A stretch of DNA of 64,000 bases from positions 75,642,001 to 75,706,000 of the forward strand of contig NC_086097.1 of NCBI RefSeq assembly GCF_963921235.1, in the 5' to 3' direction. Origin of the DNA: Mobula hypostoma. Taxonomy: Eukaryota. Below the pieces are notes generated by a model, which worked only from the letters and a program-made list of their open reading frames with translations, searched no databases and was not told the DNA's origin. Shown here in pieces: positions 12,630 to 25,391 of this stretch (position 1 is the first letter of the stretch; each line of letters opens with the position of its first letter). The position numbers were made by a program, and so were the translations under genes.

Positions 12630-15600
12630 TTATCCAATCAAAAGCTGGGGGACTTGCATTACTGATTAGGGAGAACATCATCGCTGGACTTAGTGTAGAT
12701 ATCTAGTAGACCTCATCTAGTGAGGCCTTATGGGCAGAACTCAATAATAAGAGTGGTGCATTCACAACAATGTTGCTATACTATAGGTCTTCACAATAGC
12801 CATCAGGAGCTAGAGGAACAGGTATGCAGACAGTTCATGCAAAACAGTGAAAGAAACGAGGTTGTTATAGTGGATGATTTTAACTTTTCCTACATTGATT
12901 GGGACTTTTCTCATGCCAGAGTTAGAAGAGAAAGAGGTGCATCCAGGAAGGTTTCTTGAAACAACATGTCAGAATTTCAAATAGGGATGAGGCAGTACAA
13001 GACTATTCATTAAGGGATGTGCCTGGTCAATACTTCAGTGAGGGACAATTTTGAAAGCAGTGATCATAATTCTGTAAGTTTTAAGGTAGTTGTGGATAAT
13101 GATAAGACTGGTCCTCAGGTAAAAGTGCTAAACTGGATGAAGGCTATTTAAGGAGGAACTTGGGCAAGTTGATTGGGAGAGGCTGTTTGTGTACAAATCC
13201 ATATTTGACACATACAAGATTTTTAAAGACCAATGGATTGGAGTTCAAGATCAACAATTCCTGTGCGCATGAAACACAAGGATGGCAAGGCTTGTAAACA
13301 AGAGATATTGTCGGTTTAGTCAAAAAGGAAAAAAGAAGAATATGTAAGGTTCAGGAAGCTAAAATCAGACAAAGCCTTTGAAGAATAAAGGAGCTAGGGA
13401 AAAATAAACAAGTATTTAGGAGAGGCAAAAGAACCAATGAAATATTCTTGACAGAATTAAAACAATTCTCAAGGAATTTTATATGTATATTAGAAGCAAG
13501 GGAGTAGCTAAGGAAAGAACAGGTCTACTCAAGAACTGTGGACGGAATTTATGCGATAAACCAGAAGTGAACGAGGCCATAATTGAGCACTTTGCCTCAG
13601 TGTTTACCAAGAAAGACATGGATGATGGTGAAATTAGGGAGAGGTTTGTTGACATTCTAGGGTGTATTGATACCGAGAAGGAGTTATATGTATTGGAAAT
13701 ATTAAGATGGATAAGTTCCCAGAGCCCGAAGGAATTTATCCCAGAGTACAGAGGAAAGCAAGGGAGGATATCTTGAGCTGTGATACAGACTTTTGTATCC
13801 TCTTTAGCCAGAAGACTGAGAAATAGCTGTACTGATCCTTTGTTGAAGGGGAAAAAAACAGGAAATTATAAACTGGTGATCTTTATATCAGTGGAAAGAA
13901 ATAATTAGAGAAGATTCATAAGAACAGGACTTACATTTGGAAAAAAAACATGAAATTATAGGGAAAATCAGCATGGCTTTGTATGAAAGAGTTTGTGTCT
14001 CACAAATCCGACTGAATTTTTTGAGGGTATGGCAAAGATGATTGATGGACATAAGGCTTTTATTAAAGCATTTGACAAGATCCCTTTTGATAGGCTAGGC
14101 AAGAAGATTGTCACTTGAGACCTATGGTGAGTTGATAAGATGGACACAAAATTGGCTTGATCATAGAAGTGGAGGGGTGTTTCTCTGCCTGGAACTCTAT
14201 GATCAGTGGTGTTCTGCAAGGCACTCTGTTCAAATCAAGTCAGTCAAGTCACTTTTATTGTCATTTTGACCATAACTGCTGGTACAGTACACAGTAAAAA
14301 CAAGACAATGTTTTTCAGGACCATGGTGCTACGTGAACAATACAAAAACTACACTGAACTATGTAAAAAAAACAACACAAAACTACACTAGACTACAGAC
14401 CTACCCAGGACTGCATAAAGTGCACAAAACAGTGCAGGCATTACAATAAATAATAAACAAGACAATAGGCACAGTAGAGGGCAGTAGGTTGGTGTCAGTC
14501 CAGGTTCTGGGTATTGAGGAGTCTGATGGCTTGGGGGAAGAAACTGTTACATAGTCTGGTTGTGAGAGCCAGACTGCTTTGGTGCCTTTTGCCAAATGGC
14601 AGGAGGGAGAAGAGTTTGTATGAGGGGTGCGTGGGGTCCTTCATAATGCTGTTTGCTTTACGGATGCAGTGTGTGGTGTAAATGTCTGTAATGGTGGGAA
14701 GAGAGACCGCCGATGATCCTCTCAGCTGACCTCACTATCCGCTGCAGGGTCTTGCGATCCGAGATGGTGCAATTTCCGAACCAGGCAGTGATGTAGCTGC
14801 TCAAGATGCTCTCAATACAACCTCTGTAGAATGTGGTGAGGATGGGGGGTGGGAGATGGACTTTTCTCAGCCTTCACAGAAAGTAGAAATGCTGCTGGGC
14901 TTTCTTTGCTATGGAGCTGGTGTTGAGGGACCAGGTGAGATTCTCCACCAGGTGACCACCAAGAAATTTGGTGCTCTTAACGATCTCTACGGAGGAGTCG
15001 TCGATGTTCAGCGGAGAGTGGTCCTTCCGTGTCCTCCTGAAGTCAACAACCATCTCTTTTGTTTTGTTCACATTCAGAGACAGGTTGTTGGCTCTGCACC
15101 AGTCCATTAGCTGCTGCACCTCCTCTCTGTATGCTGACTCATCGTTTTTGCTGATGAGACCCACCACAGTCGTGTCATCAGTTCTTTGTTATACTGTATA
15201 TATAAATAATCTGGATGAAAATGTTTGATTTATAGGTTTGCAGATGACATACAAATTAGTGGATTTGTGGAAAGTGATGAGTGTTTTCAAGTGGTACAGC
15301 AGGTTACAGATCATTTGAAAATTTAAATGGAGAAATGGCAAGAAGTACTTAATCTAGACAAGTGTGAATATTTTGGGAGGTTAAGTGCAAACGGAAAATA
15401 TACAGTGAATGGTAGGATCCTTAGCAGCGGGATCTTGAGGTGCAAGTCTATAGTTCACTGAAAGTGACAACACAAGTGGATATGATGGTAAAAAGATATA
15501 CTGCTTGTTTGCCTTCATCAGGTAGCATACTTGTATAAAGGTTGGAAAAACAGGTTGCAGCTGTATAAAACTTTGGTTAGGCCACATCTGGAGTATGTGG

Positions 15601-15950
15601 CATTCTGTTTGCTGCACTTTCAGAAGAATGTGGAGTCTTTGGAGATGGTGCAGATGATGCCTGGGTTGCAGTGTGCTACCTATAAGAAGAGGTTGGGCAA
15701 ACTTGGATTGTTTTTGCTGAAGCTTTGGAAGCTGATACGTCCCGATAGAAGGACGTAAAATGATGAGAGGCATAGATAGTGTAGATGATCGGAATCTTTT
15801 TATAGGATTAAAGTGAGAGGGAGCAAGTTTAAAGGAGTTTTTTTACACAGAGTGGAATGCCCTGTCGAGCAAGGTGGTAGAAGCATTTATGATAGCAACA
15901 CTTGGACAAACCCATGAAAAGGCAGAGATGGATACAACCACGGGCAGACA
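12630..15950 (+). mobile_element. Old decayed CR1 LINE, split by a Rex1 insertion
   Basis: Endonuclease and RT remnants (DFNF..IDW, FASVFT, QHGF, LYKTLVRPHLEY); tail resumes at ~17016-17100. Confidence 0.8.
14232..15180 (-). mobile_element. Rex1/Babar-type LINE 3' fragment nested in CR1
   Basis: DDTTVVGLI...KTKEMVVDFRR; (GACTT)n tail; interrupts the CR1 PQGS/YINxLD region. Confidence 0.85.
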
Positions 15951-16018
15951 GATGAGCAACACACAAAAAAGTTGCTGGTGAATGCAGCAGACCAGGCAGC
16001 ATCTCTAGGAAGAGGTAC

Positions 16019-16054
16019 AGTCGACATTTCAGGCTGAGACCCTTCGTCAGGACT
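16019..16054 (-). ncRNA. Hammerhead motif with CpG decay in helix III
   Basis: Reverse complement AGTC CTGACGA AGGGTCTCAGCCT GAAAT GTC GACT. Confidence 0.65.
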
Positions 16055-16879
16055 AACTGAAAGAAGAGATAGTAAGAGATTTGAAAGTGGGAGGGGAGGG
16101 GGAGATCCGAAATGATAGGAGAAGACAGGAGGGTGAGGGATGGAGCCAAGAGCTGGATAGTTGATTGGCAAAAGGGATATGAGAGGATCATGGGACAGGA
16201 GGCCTAGGGAGAAAGAAAAGGGGGAGGGGGAAGCCCAGAGGATGGGCAAGGAGTATAGTGAGAGGGACAGAGGGAGAAAAAGGAGAGAGCTGTGATAGCC
16301 AGTCTGAGTCAAAATGTGGTCGAAAAGTTGAAGAGCCGAAGAAATTGCAGATGGAGAGCAGTGAGACATGGTTTCACTGAACTCCCATCGAAGCGAAGAT
16401 TTAAACTTCTTCAGTGTAGGCATCACCGGAAGAGGCTTCGCAGTAGTGAATTTAAAAACGCAAACACGAGGAAATCTGCAGATGCTGGAATTTCAAGTAA
16501 CACGCAAAAAAGTTGCTGGTGAACGCAGCAGGCCAGGCAATTTCTTCGGCTCTTCTACTTTTCGACCTCACTGCTCCCCATCTGTAATTTCTTCAGCTCT
16601 TCATCTTTTTGACCACATTTTGACTCAGACTCGCTATCACAGCTCTCTCCTTTTTCTCCCTCTGTCCTTCTCACTATACCCCTTGCCCATCCTCTGGGTT
16701 CCCCCCCCCCACTTTTCTTTCTCCCTAGGCCTCCTGTCCCATGACCCTCTCATATCCCTTTTGCCAATCAACTGTCCAGCTCTTGGCTCCATCCCTCTCC
16801 CTCCTGTCTTCTCCTATCATTTCGGATCTCCCCCTTCCCCCTCCCATTTTCATATCTCTTACTAGCACTTCCTTCAGTT

Positions 16880-16915
16880 AGTCCTGACGAAGGGTCTCGG
16901 CCCAAAACGTCGACT
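16880..16915 (+). ncRNA. Hammerhead motif with mutated core (GAAA to AAAA)
   Basis: AGTC CTGACGA AGGGTCTCGGCCC AAAAC GTC GACT. Confidence 0.65.
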
Positions 16916-17959
16916 GTACCTCTTCCTATAGATGCTGCCTGGCCTGCTGCGTTCACCAGCAACTTTTTTGTGTGTTGCTTGAAATTCCAGCATCTGCAGA
17001 TTTCCTCATGTTTGTAGACAGATGGGATTGGTTTAGCTTGGCATATGATCAACACAGACATGCTGGGCTGAAGGGCCTATTCCTGCACTGTAATGTTCCA
17101 TTTTCTTAATTTTCTTGGGGACTTGCTGATTCAGAGGTTCCATGAAATTATAGCAGAGGTATGTTGCAAAAATACAGCTTTTTTTGTCATCTCCAGCCAA
17201 GGCTAATTCTATTCATAGTTCAGTTATCATATACCTGCCTCAAAATAAACTAGAATTTAGTTTTGCAGCTAATTGAATTCGATGACAGTGATTTATTCCA
17301 GAAAACTGAAGGTAAATTAATGATGGAATGCGATAGGTCATGTAATTCCTCTCACATTAATACTATTTACGAATATAGATAGCTCTTAACAGAGGCTCTG
17401 CATCAGCATGCAGACCAGCATCTGAAATCATATATACATGCACATATGCATTCACAAGCAGCGTAGAAAAGCTTAGCCCTATATAGAACATGCTGTTATG
17501 AGTCATTCTTTATAGCTTAAAACAGGAGATGCTGAGACCTTTCCAGTGTGACACTGTTCAGACAGCAATGTGCAATTACACTCTGATATTACTCTCTGAC
17601 TAATGTAATCTACACCAATAAGTCAATGAACAATCTTTGAAACTTCGCTCAAAGTAATTTTATTTTGTTGCAATCATACTTCCAATAGTAGCAGAACTGT
17701 AACAATTTACTTCTTACACAAGTTTATAGGAATGTTCCTAAGATATAAAGCAGACTATCATCCATGACCTCAGGATGACCAAAAACCAAGAAGGTATGAA
17801 ATGTAATCACAATTGTAACTTGAGAGATATCACAACTTTTACAAAAAAATTCAAATTTACTCTTCTGCATTAAATATTCTCCATGTGTTTTGGAAGCAGG
17901 CATTTACAGAAATTGAATGAAGCAGGTGCTAAAATATATATCTTAAGGTTGGCAAAGGA

Positions 17960-18369
17960 GAGCGAGGAACGATCTGAAGGTTGGACAATTTAAATGCCAG
18001 GCCAAAATGAAAAGGTCAGGGTGTCGGGGCCAGAGGGAAGGGATGAGCTAGTTCAGCTCACTGGTCCGCAAGGTTTTCTCATCTCTGCGCTAAACTGAGG
18101 CGATGGTCTGCAACTAATGAGCTCCTGAATCAGCTGCAGTGATGACTGGCTTTGTGGCTGTTGACTCATTTTAATAAACTCCATTTCTAAATGTTATTGT
18201 ATTGTTTGCCCAATTTGTTTTTTTTTCCCTGCACAGTGGGTGTTTGACAGTATTCTTTCCTTCAATGGGTTCTATTGGGTTTTTTAGTTTTGTGGCTGCC
18301 TGTAAGGAGATGAAGCTCAAGGTTGTATATAGTATACATACTTCGATAAATAATGTACTTTTAACTTTG
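17960..18369 (+). mobile_element. Non-coding interspersed repeat with Rex1-like tail
   Basis: Similar to 41090-41465; tail matches the LINE end at ~40250-40315. Confidence 0.6.
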
Positions 18370-18571
18370 GATAGAAGGCTATCTGGGAATTGTACACTAT
18401 TTATTTTATCCAGTAGTCTCATTACATTTTGTTCCATGTGCAATAACTTCCAGCAACTTGTAAGTCATTTTGATAATTATGTCACCATATTTGAATAAAA
18501 AAACTTTAATATAATTAGAGTACCTACTTATCATTGAACAAACAGCAGCTCTATGCAATTTGAAATTCAAT

Positions 18572-18740
18572 AACCATATAACCATTACAGCACGGAAACA
18601 GGCCATCTTGGCCCTTCTAGTCCATGCCGAACTCTTACTCTCACCTAGTCCCACCGACCTGCACTCAGCCCATAACCCTCCATTCCTTTCCTGTCTATAT
18701 AGCTATCCAAGTTAACTTTAAATGACAACATCGAACCTGC
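18572..18740 (-). mobile_element. CR1 3'-end fragment
   Basis: (TATGGT)-type tail and GAAGGGCC...GGCCTGTTTCCGTGCTGTA stem in antisense. Confidence 0.7.
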
Positions 18741-19407
18741 AATAAGTTCCCAATATGCTGTGCTTTAATTCCCCACTGAACGCAAGTGGGAAATATTCAG
18801 CTTTTCTTTCCTTTACTTTTTTTGGTAAAATTTTGAATTAATTGGTATATTATTGGATAGTTATTATTTGCTTTCACCCTCTGATTATTATTTCAGAGGT
18901 TTGAAAAGAATACAACTGAACAACTTATTCCTGAACAATTTTATCTCTTTTGCAGAATAACATTGGAAGAAAAGTGGCAAAATACTGCCTACGTGCGTGC
19001 ATCAGGAAAAAGTTAAAAGAACAAAAGAATATTTGTGATTTTCCGGTTCACTATGGAAACAGATGCAAGTGCTAAAAAATAGAACACTTTTGCACTCTCG
19101 TTTCCCTCTAAGGTAGAAGATGAGCTAATTATAAAATATAGAATATCCTTTCATTCCAGATCTACTCCTAAAGATCTAGTGTCACCCTTCTTCAGCTTAC
19201 ATTTTCACCCTGGCTAAGATTCATGATTTTGCATCAACTGGTCCAGCCTAAAACTGATTCTGTACCGTGAATGTGTAGCGATAGTAATCTGGATTAAAAT
19301 CACTTAACACCTTGCATCCATACACTACCAGGGAGAAAACATTGTACGCAATTAAACCACATTAAATTTATGTAACATTTACAAGGAAAGGTACAGTAAT
19401 TTATCTA

Positions 19408-19621
19408 CAAACCCCATTTCCAGAAAAGTTGGGATATTTTCCAAAATGTAATAAAAACAAAAATCTGTGATATGTTAAGTCACGTAAACCTTTATTTAAC
19501 TGACAAAAGTACAAAGAAAAGATTTTCAATAGTTTTACTGACCAACTTAATTGTATTTTGTAAATATACACAAGTTTAGAATTTGATGGCTGCAACACAC
19601 TCAACAAAAGTTGGGACAGAG
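19408..19621 (+). repeat. Left terminal inverted repeat of Tc1
   Basis: About 12 mismatches (hand count) against the reverse complement of 20798-21011; AAAAGTTGGGA at outer and inner ends. Confidence 0.95.
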
Positions 19622-19724
19622 TTAAAATAAGATTGAAAAGTGCACAGAATATTCAAGTAACACCGGTTTAGAAGACTCCACATTAAGCGGGCTAATTGAT
19701 AGCAGGTGAGGTATCATGACTGGG

Positions 19725-19731
19725 TATAAAA
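19725..19731 (+). promoter_or_regulatory. Putative TATA box of transposase
   Basis: TATAAAA 44 nt upstream of ATG 19769. Confidence 0.45.
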
Positions 19732-19768
19732 GTAGCGTCCATCAAAGGCTCAGTCTTTGCAAGCAAGG

Positions 19769-20791
19769 ATGGGTCGTGGCTCAAGCCTTTATGCCAAAAT
19801 TCGTGAGAGAATTGTTAGTCAGTTCAAAAGGAACATTTCTCAACGCAAGATTGCAGAGAATTTAGGTCTTTCAACATCTACAGTATGTAATATTGTGAAA
19901 AGATTCAGAGAATTCAGAGACATCTCAGTGCGTAAAGGGCAAGGTCGGAAACCACTTTTGAATGCACGTAATCTTCGAGTCCTCAGGCGGCACTGCCTAA
20001 GAAACCGTCATGCTACCGTGACAATTATAGCCACCTGGGCTCGGGAGTACTTCGGAAAACCATTGTCACTCAATACAGTCCGTCGCTGCATCCAGAAATG
20101 CAATTTGAAACTATATTACGCAAGGAGGAAGCCATACATCAACTCTATGCAGAAACGCCGGCGAGTTCTCTGGGCCCGAGCTCATCTCAGATGGACCGAA
20201 AGACTGTGGAATCGTGTGCTGTGGTCAGATGAGTCCACATTTCAGCTAGTTTTCGGAAAAAACGGGCGTCGAGTTCTCCGTGCCAAAGATGAAAATGACC
20301 ATCCAGATTGTTATCAGCGAAAGGTGCAAAGGCCAGCATCTGTGATGGTATGGGGGTGCATCAGTGCCCACGGCATGGGTGAGTTGCATGTATGTGAAGG
20401 TACCATTGACTCTGAGGCGTATATTAGGATTTTAGAGAGACATATGTTGCCATCAAGGCGACGTCTCTTCCCCGGGCATCCATGCTTATTTCAGCAGGAC
20501 AATGCCAGACCACATTCTGCACGGGCTATAACAGCGTGGCTTTGTAGACACAGAGCGCGTGTGCTTGACTGGCCTGCTGCCAGTCCAGAACTATCTCCTA
20601 TTGAAAATGTATGGCGCATCATGAAGAGGAGAATCAGACAACGGAGACCACGGACTGTTGAGCAGCTGAAGTCTTATATCAAGCAAGAATGGACAAAATT
20701 TCCAATTTCAAATCTACTACAATTAATATCCTCAGTTCCAAAACGATTAAAAAGTGTTATTAAAAGGAAAGGTGATGTAACACAATGGTAA
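19769..20791 (+). CDS. Tc1-family transposase, 340 aa from first ATG
   Basis: Uninterrupted ORF with N-terminal HTH region, GRKP hook, WSDES, VMVWGC and FQQDNARPH...SPELSPIEN; 34 residues between second D and E. Confidence 0.95.
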   Translation: MGRGSSLYAKIRERIVSQFKRNISQRKIAENLGLSTSTVCNIVKRFREFRDISVRKGQGRKPLLNARNLRVLRRHCLRNRHATVTIIATWAREYFGKPLSLNTVRRCIQKCNLKLYYARRKPYINSMQKRRRVLWARAHLRWTERLWNRVLWSDESTFQLVFGKNGRRVLRAKDENDHPDCYQRKVQRPASVMVWGCISAHGMGELHVCEGTIDSEAYIRILERHMLPSRRRLFPGHPCLFQQDNARPHSARAITAWLCRHRARVLDWPAASPELSPIENVWRIMKRRIRQRRPRTVEQLKSYIKQEWTKFPISNLLQLISSVPKRLKSVIKRKGDVTQW

Positions 20792-20797
20792 ACATGC

Positions 20798-21011
20798 CTC
20801 TGTCCCAACTTTTGTTGAGTGTGTTGCAGCCATCAAATTCTAAATTTGTGTATGTTTACAAAATACGATTAAGTTGGTCAGTAAAACTATAGAAAAGATT
20901 TTCTTTGCTCTTTTGTCAGTTAAATAAAGGTTCACGTGAATTAACATATCACAGATTTTTGTTTTTATTGCATTTTTGAAAATATCCCAACTTTTCTGGA
21001 AATGGGGTTTG
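20798..21011 (-). repeat. Right terminal inverted repeat of Tc1
   Basis: Reverse complement of 19408-19621, followed by TA. Confidence 0.95.
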
Positions 21012-21134
21012 TACAATACCAACTAGTTCTACACAAATACATTCGGCATGCATTTTCATCTTTTAGTTTATTATTTAACTAAATGTATGCCATTCACATA
21101 AAATGCAGTTTTGAAACAGTAATTATGATGGCAT

Positions 21135-21360
21135 CATTTATTTATTTATTGAGATACAGTGTGAAGGAGGCCCTTCTAGCCCTTCATGTCACACCGCCCA
21201 GCAGTCTCCTGATTTATTCCTAGCCTAATCATGGGATAATTTATAATAACCAATTAACTTACCAACCGGAACATCTTTGACTGTGGGAGGAAACCGGAAA
21301 ATCCAAAGGAAACTCACACAGTCACTGGGAGAATATATCAGCTCTTTACAAACAGTGATG
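21135..21360 (-). mobile_element. Decayed V-SINE
   Basis: Antisense V-domain (CTTTGACTGTGGGAGGAAACCGG...GGGAGAA) and (AATA)n tail. Confidence 0.65.
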
Positions 21361-21369
21361 AGAACTCAG

Positions 21370-24300
21370 GAGCATAAGTTAGGAACAGATGTTCTCAGGG
21401 GAAATGTGCAGCAGAAAATGTGGAGGCTGCTTAGAGAACACTTACATGGGTTTCTGGATAGGTTGGTCCAATTGACGCAGGGAAAGGATGGTAAGGTGGA
21501 GGAAACCTGGTTGACAAGGGAGGTGGAATATTAAATCAAGAGGAAGCATAATTGAGGTTTAAGAAGCAAGGATCAGAGAAAGCCTTGAGAGTTATAAGCC
21601 AGCCAGTAAGTAGCTTATGAAGGGGCTTATAAGGGCTAGAAGTGAACATGAGGAAGTCTTGGCAGGTAGGATTAAGGAAATCCTCTAGGCGTTCTACAAA
21701 TACGTGAAGATCAGGTGGATGACTAGAGTGAGGGTATGACTGCTAAGAGATAAATGGTGAAACATGTGTGGAGACAGAGAAAATAGGGGACATCTTTAAT
21801 GAATACTTTGCTTCAGACTTGACCGAGGGAGGGACTTTGACGTATGTGAGTTCAGCATAAAACAAGCTAATGTGCTGGAGCCCACTGAAGTTTCAAAAGA
21901 GGCAATGTTGGTGCTTTTAAAAAATCTTAGGATAGATAAGTCCTAGGACCATATGGGACATCCCCTAGATTCCTACTGGAATTAATGAAGAGACTGCTGG
22001 GTCACTGTTGATGATTCTTTCTTCCCACAGAAATAATACCAGAGGATTGGAGGATAGCAAATCTTGTTCCATTGTTCAAGAAAAGTAAAAAGGATAATCT
22101 TGGGAATTATAGGCTCATCCATAAAGGCAACTTGATTGGACCTTCGAAAAATAACAGATGCAATTATGCTGAAATATTGTAGGCTCCCTAATAGCCACTG
22201 AGAAATAAAGGAACTTTCCATAATCTGTCTACAGTATTGATTGGATCTTTCTTAATACAAGAAGCTTAGATGGGGCAGTATTTCTTCAATGCATCCAAGA
22301 GGGTTCTTGAAACAGTATGTGGAGAGTCCAATCAGTGGAGAGAACATACTGGACCTAGTTTTGAGAAATGAGCCAGGCCAGGTGATAGATCTGGTGGTGG
22401 GTGAACTTTTTGGGAATAGGGACCACAGCTCATTATGGTTTAAGATATGAGTATATGAACAAGGATACTATTGGATCTTTTGGAAAGGTACAAATTTAGA
22501 GGAGAGAAAGTACAACAGGATAAGACAGGAGCTAAAGGATATTGATTGGGAGTAGCTGCTGCCGGATAAGTCCATGTCTGACATGTGTGAGTTGGTTAAA
22601 GATCAGCTGATCAAGGTGCAGGATTGGCATGCTTCAGTAAGAAGTAAAGAGAAGAAAGGTAAGGTAAGCGAACCTTGGATGACCTGAGAGGTCCTTAATT
22701 TAGTCATAAATAAGTACAATATATGCAAGGTTCAGTAAGTTAAAATTATACTGGGCTCTTAATGGAATATAAAGATAGCAGGAAAGTGCTCAAACAGGTG
22801 ATTAGGAAGGCCAGAAAGGGCCAGGAAATGTCATCATGAGCAGGATCAAAGAGATACCCAAAGAATTTTAAAATTATATTAAGAAAATGAGGATAACTAA
22901 GGAGAGGGTAGGTCCACTCAAGGATAAAAGATGAAATTTGAGCTTGGAGTCAGAGCAAGTGTTTGTGATGGTGTTTACCAAGGGGAAGGATTTGGAGGAT
23001 AGCAAAAGCAGAGTGAGACATCCTAATGTGATGGGAAATTTTGTGATTAAAGAGGAGATAGTGCTGGGTCTTTTGAAAATCAATAAGGTGGATAAGTCCC
23101 AGGTCCTGCTGGCAGCTGTGTACATACATCTATTGATGCTTCTGGACACATCTTCAGTGATGTTCCTGGAATCATCGGGTGTTTCGGGTCTTTCAACATC
23201 ATACAACCTCCTCCAGGTGACCCAGCCGGGGCTGATCAGACCCCATCCTCTAGATGGCTAGCTACTTATGACTCCATGGCTCCTCTCTTTTGAGCCACAG
23301 CCATCTTGAGGCCCTCTCTGCCGCATCGGTGGTACTGCGGATGGCTCTCCTCTTCCTCTCTCCCTCAATGCCCAAAATGCTGAAGGCTCTAACTAAAGAA
23401 CGGGCTATGAATCCCCTACAACCAACCTCCACTGGGAGACACCTCGCTCTCCATCCAGCCTGCTGACAGTTGCTGACCAGTCCTGCGTACTTGGAGAGCT
23501 TCCTTTCAAAGGCCTCCTCCAAGCTATCTTCCCATGGGACTGTCAGCTCCAGCAGCACCACTTGCTTAGTAGACTCAGACACTAGGACAATGTCTGGTCG
23601 CAGGGTGGTGGCTGGCATATATTCTTTCAAAATATTGTAAGAAGCAAGTGTTAAGGTTGCTGGGCTTGGACAAGGATCATGTGTCCTGGCTATCCACAGG
23701 TGAGTTCCCCAAGAGTAGCAAAGATAGTGCCTTGGTTCAAGAAGGGAAATAGGAAAAAAATCTGTTAAGTGTAGGCCAGTGAGCCTTATGTCTGCAGTTG
23801 GGAGGCTATTGGAGAGTATACTGAGAGATAGGATTTTGTATATTTGGAAAGCCACAGTCTGCTTAGGGACAGTTAGCATGGCTTTGTGCAGTGCAGATCA
23901 TATTTTACAAACTACACTGAGTTTTTTGAGAAGGTGATTAGACGATTGATGCTAATGTAGTGGATGTTATGTACATGGACTTCAACAAGCCATTTGATAA
24001 GATCCCTCATGGTAGATTGTTCAGAAGATAAAGATGCATGGGATTCAGAGTGAATTGCAAGTTTGGATTCAGAACTGACTTGTCCATAGAAGACAGAGGG
24101 TAGGGTGGAAAGCTGTTATTCTGATTGGAGATCTGTGACCAGTTGTATTCTGCAATGATCAATGCTGGAACATCTATTGTTGGTGACATTTATCAATAAT
24201 TTGGATTAAAATGTTGATGGGTTGTGATTATCATGTCTACAGATGGTTGAGTTGCGAACAGTGTAAAGGACTATCGAAGAATATAATGGTATATAGATCT

Positions 24301-25105
24301 GTTACAGATATGGGCAGAGAAGTGACAAATTGAGTTTAAGCAGGGCAAATATTATGTTTTGCACTTTGGAGGTTAAATGATAAGGGGAAAAAATTACAGT
24401 TAATAATAGGCCTTTTACTAGCCTTGAGGTACAGAGGGCTCTTGGGGTCCAGTTCACTGCAAGTGGCTACATAAGTGGATAAGATAGTAAAGGAGGCACA
24501 TGGAATGCTTGCCTTCTTTGGCGAGGTTGTTGATTATAAAAGTAAGGTAGTCATGCTGCAGTTATATAAAACTTTAGGCAGACTGCTCTTGGAGTATTGT
24601 ACATCATTTTGGTCACTCCATTACAGGAGGATGTGGAAACTGTGGAGAGGGTACTTAAGAGGTTTAGCAGGATGCTGCCTATGTTGAAGGGTATGAACTT
24701 TAAGGAATAGTTGAACAAACTCGCGTAGTTTTCCCTGGAGCATTGGAGGCTAAGGAGACACCTGACAGAGGCTTTTAAAATGATGGGAGGCATAGATAGG
24801 GTAGACTGCCAGAATCTTTTCCCTAGGGTAGAAATGTCAAACACTGGAGGACATGCTTTGTAGGTTAAAGGAGGGAAGTTTAAGGGTGATTGAGGGGAAA
24901 GTTTTTTTATGCAGAAAGTTGTGGGTGCCTGGAATGGCTTACCAGGGGTAGAAGTGGAAGCAGATAGTTTGGTGAGTTTAAGAGGCTTTTTAATAGACAC
25001 TTGAATATGAACAGAATGGAGGGATATGTATGATACACAAATTAGCCGCAAGAGCAGCACAACATTGTGAGCAGAATGGCCTGTCCATTACTATACTGTA
25101 CTATT
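21370..25105 (+). mobile_element. Decayed CR1 LINE fragments (at least two copies)
   Basis: PWLT, VFT, DKS(P)GP, QHGF, LYKTL..LEYC remnants; CR1 3' end at ~25060-25100. Confidence 0.8.
23115..23610 (-). mobile_element. 5'-truncated RLE-type non-LTR retrotransposon (Hero/NeSL-like)
   Basis: LRPDIV...LLELTVPWE...ERKLSKY...GW...PVEVGCRGF restriction-like endonuclease, open to stop at 23262; 7-bp direct repeat GCTGGCA (23108-23114, 23611-23617). Confidence 0.88.
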
Positions 25106-25391
25106 AGCCACCGGATCCATCAATGAGACCAGCAGCAGTTCAGGATAATTCTGAGTTAAGGAACTGGATGTACTTTGAATCGTGACGCAGTATCTTGACC
25201 TAAAACTTCAACCATTCTTCTGCCTGTCACAGGCCGTCAAAGAAAAGCAAAGTATGATTGTCTGCAGCACAATGGATCCTGTGAAGTTCAAAAAGTTACA
25301 GCAACCATAGGATCATGCGGGGCTTGAAAGAAACATGATAAATAGGCCATGTCAGGAATTGTCCTGCTGGCAGTGAATGACACAAACTATG

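Larger units (their letters stand above)
15955..17015. mobile_element. Fold-back Penelope-derived element, internally deleted, with two hammerhead motifs
   Basis: ~15956-16360 is the inverse of ~16565-16978; 9-bp TSD AGACAGATG (15946-15954, 17016-17024). Confidence 0.85.
19408..21011 (+). mobile_element. Full-length Tc1/mariner (DD34E) DNA transposon, IR/DR type
   Basis: TA at 19406-19407 and 21012-21013; 214-bp inverted repeats at 19408-19621 and 20798-21011 starting CAAACCCCATTTCCAGAAAAGTTGGGA; internal transposase ORF. Confidence 0.97.

Noticed and set aside
23262..23879. 205-aa ORF as a single gene
   Set aside because: N-terminal part is antisense CR1 sequence; only 23262-23610 is RLE coding
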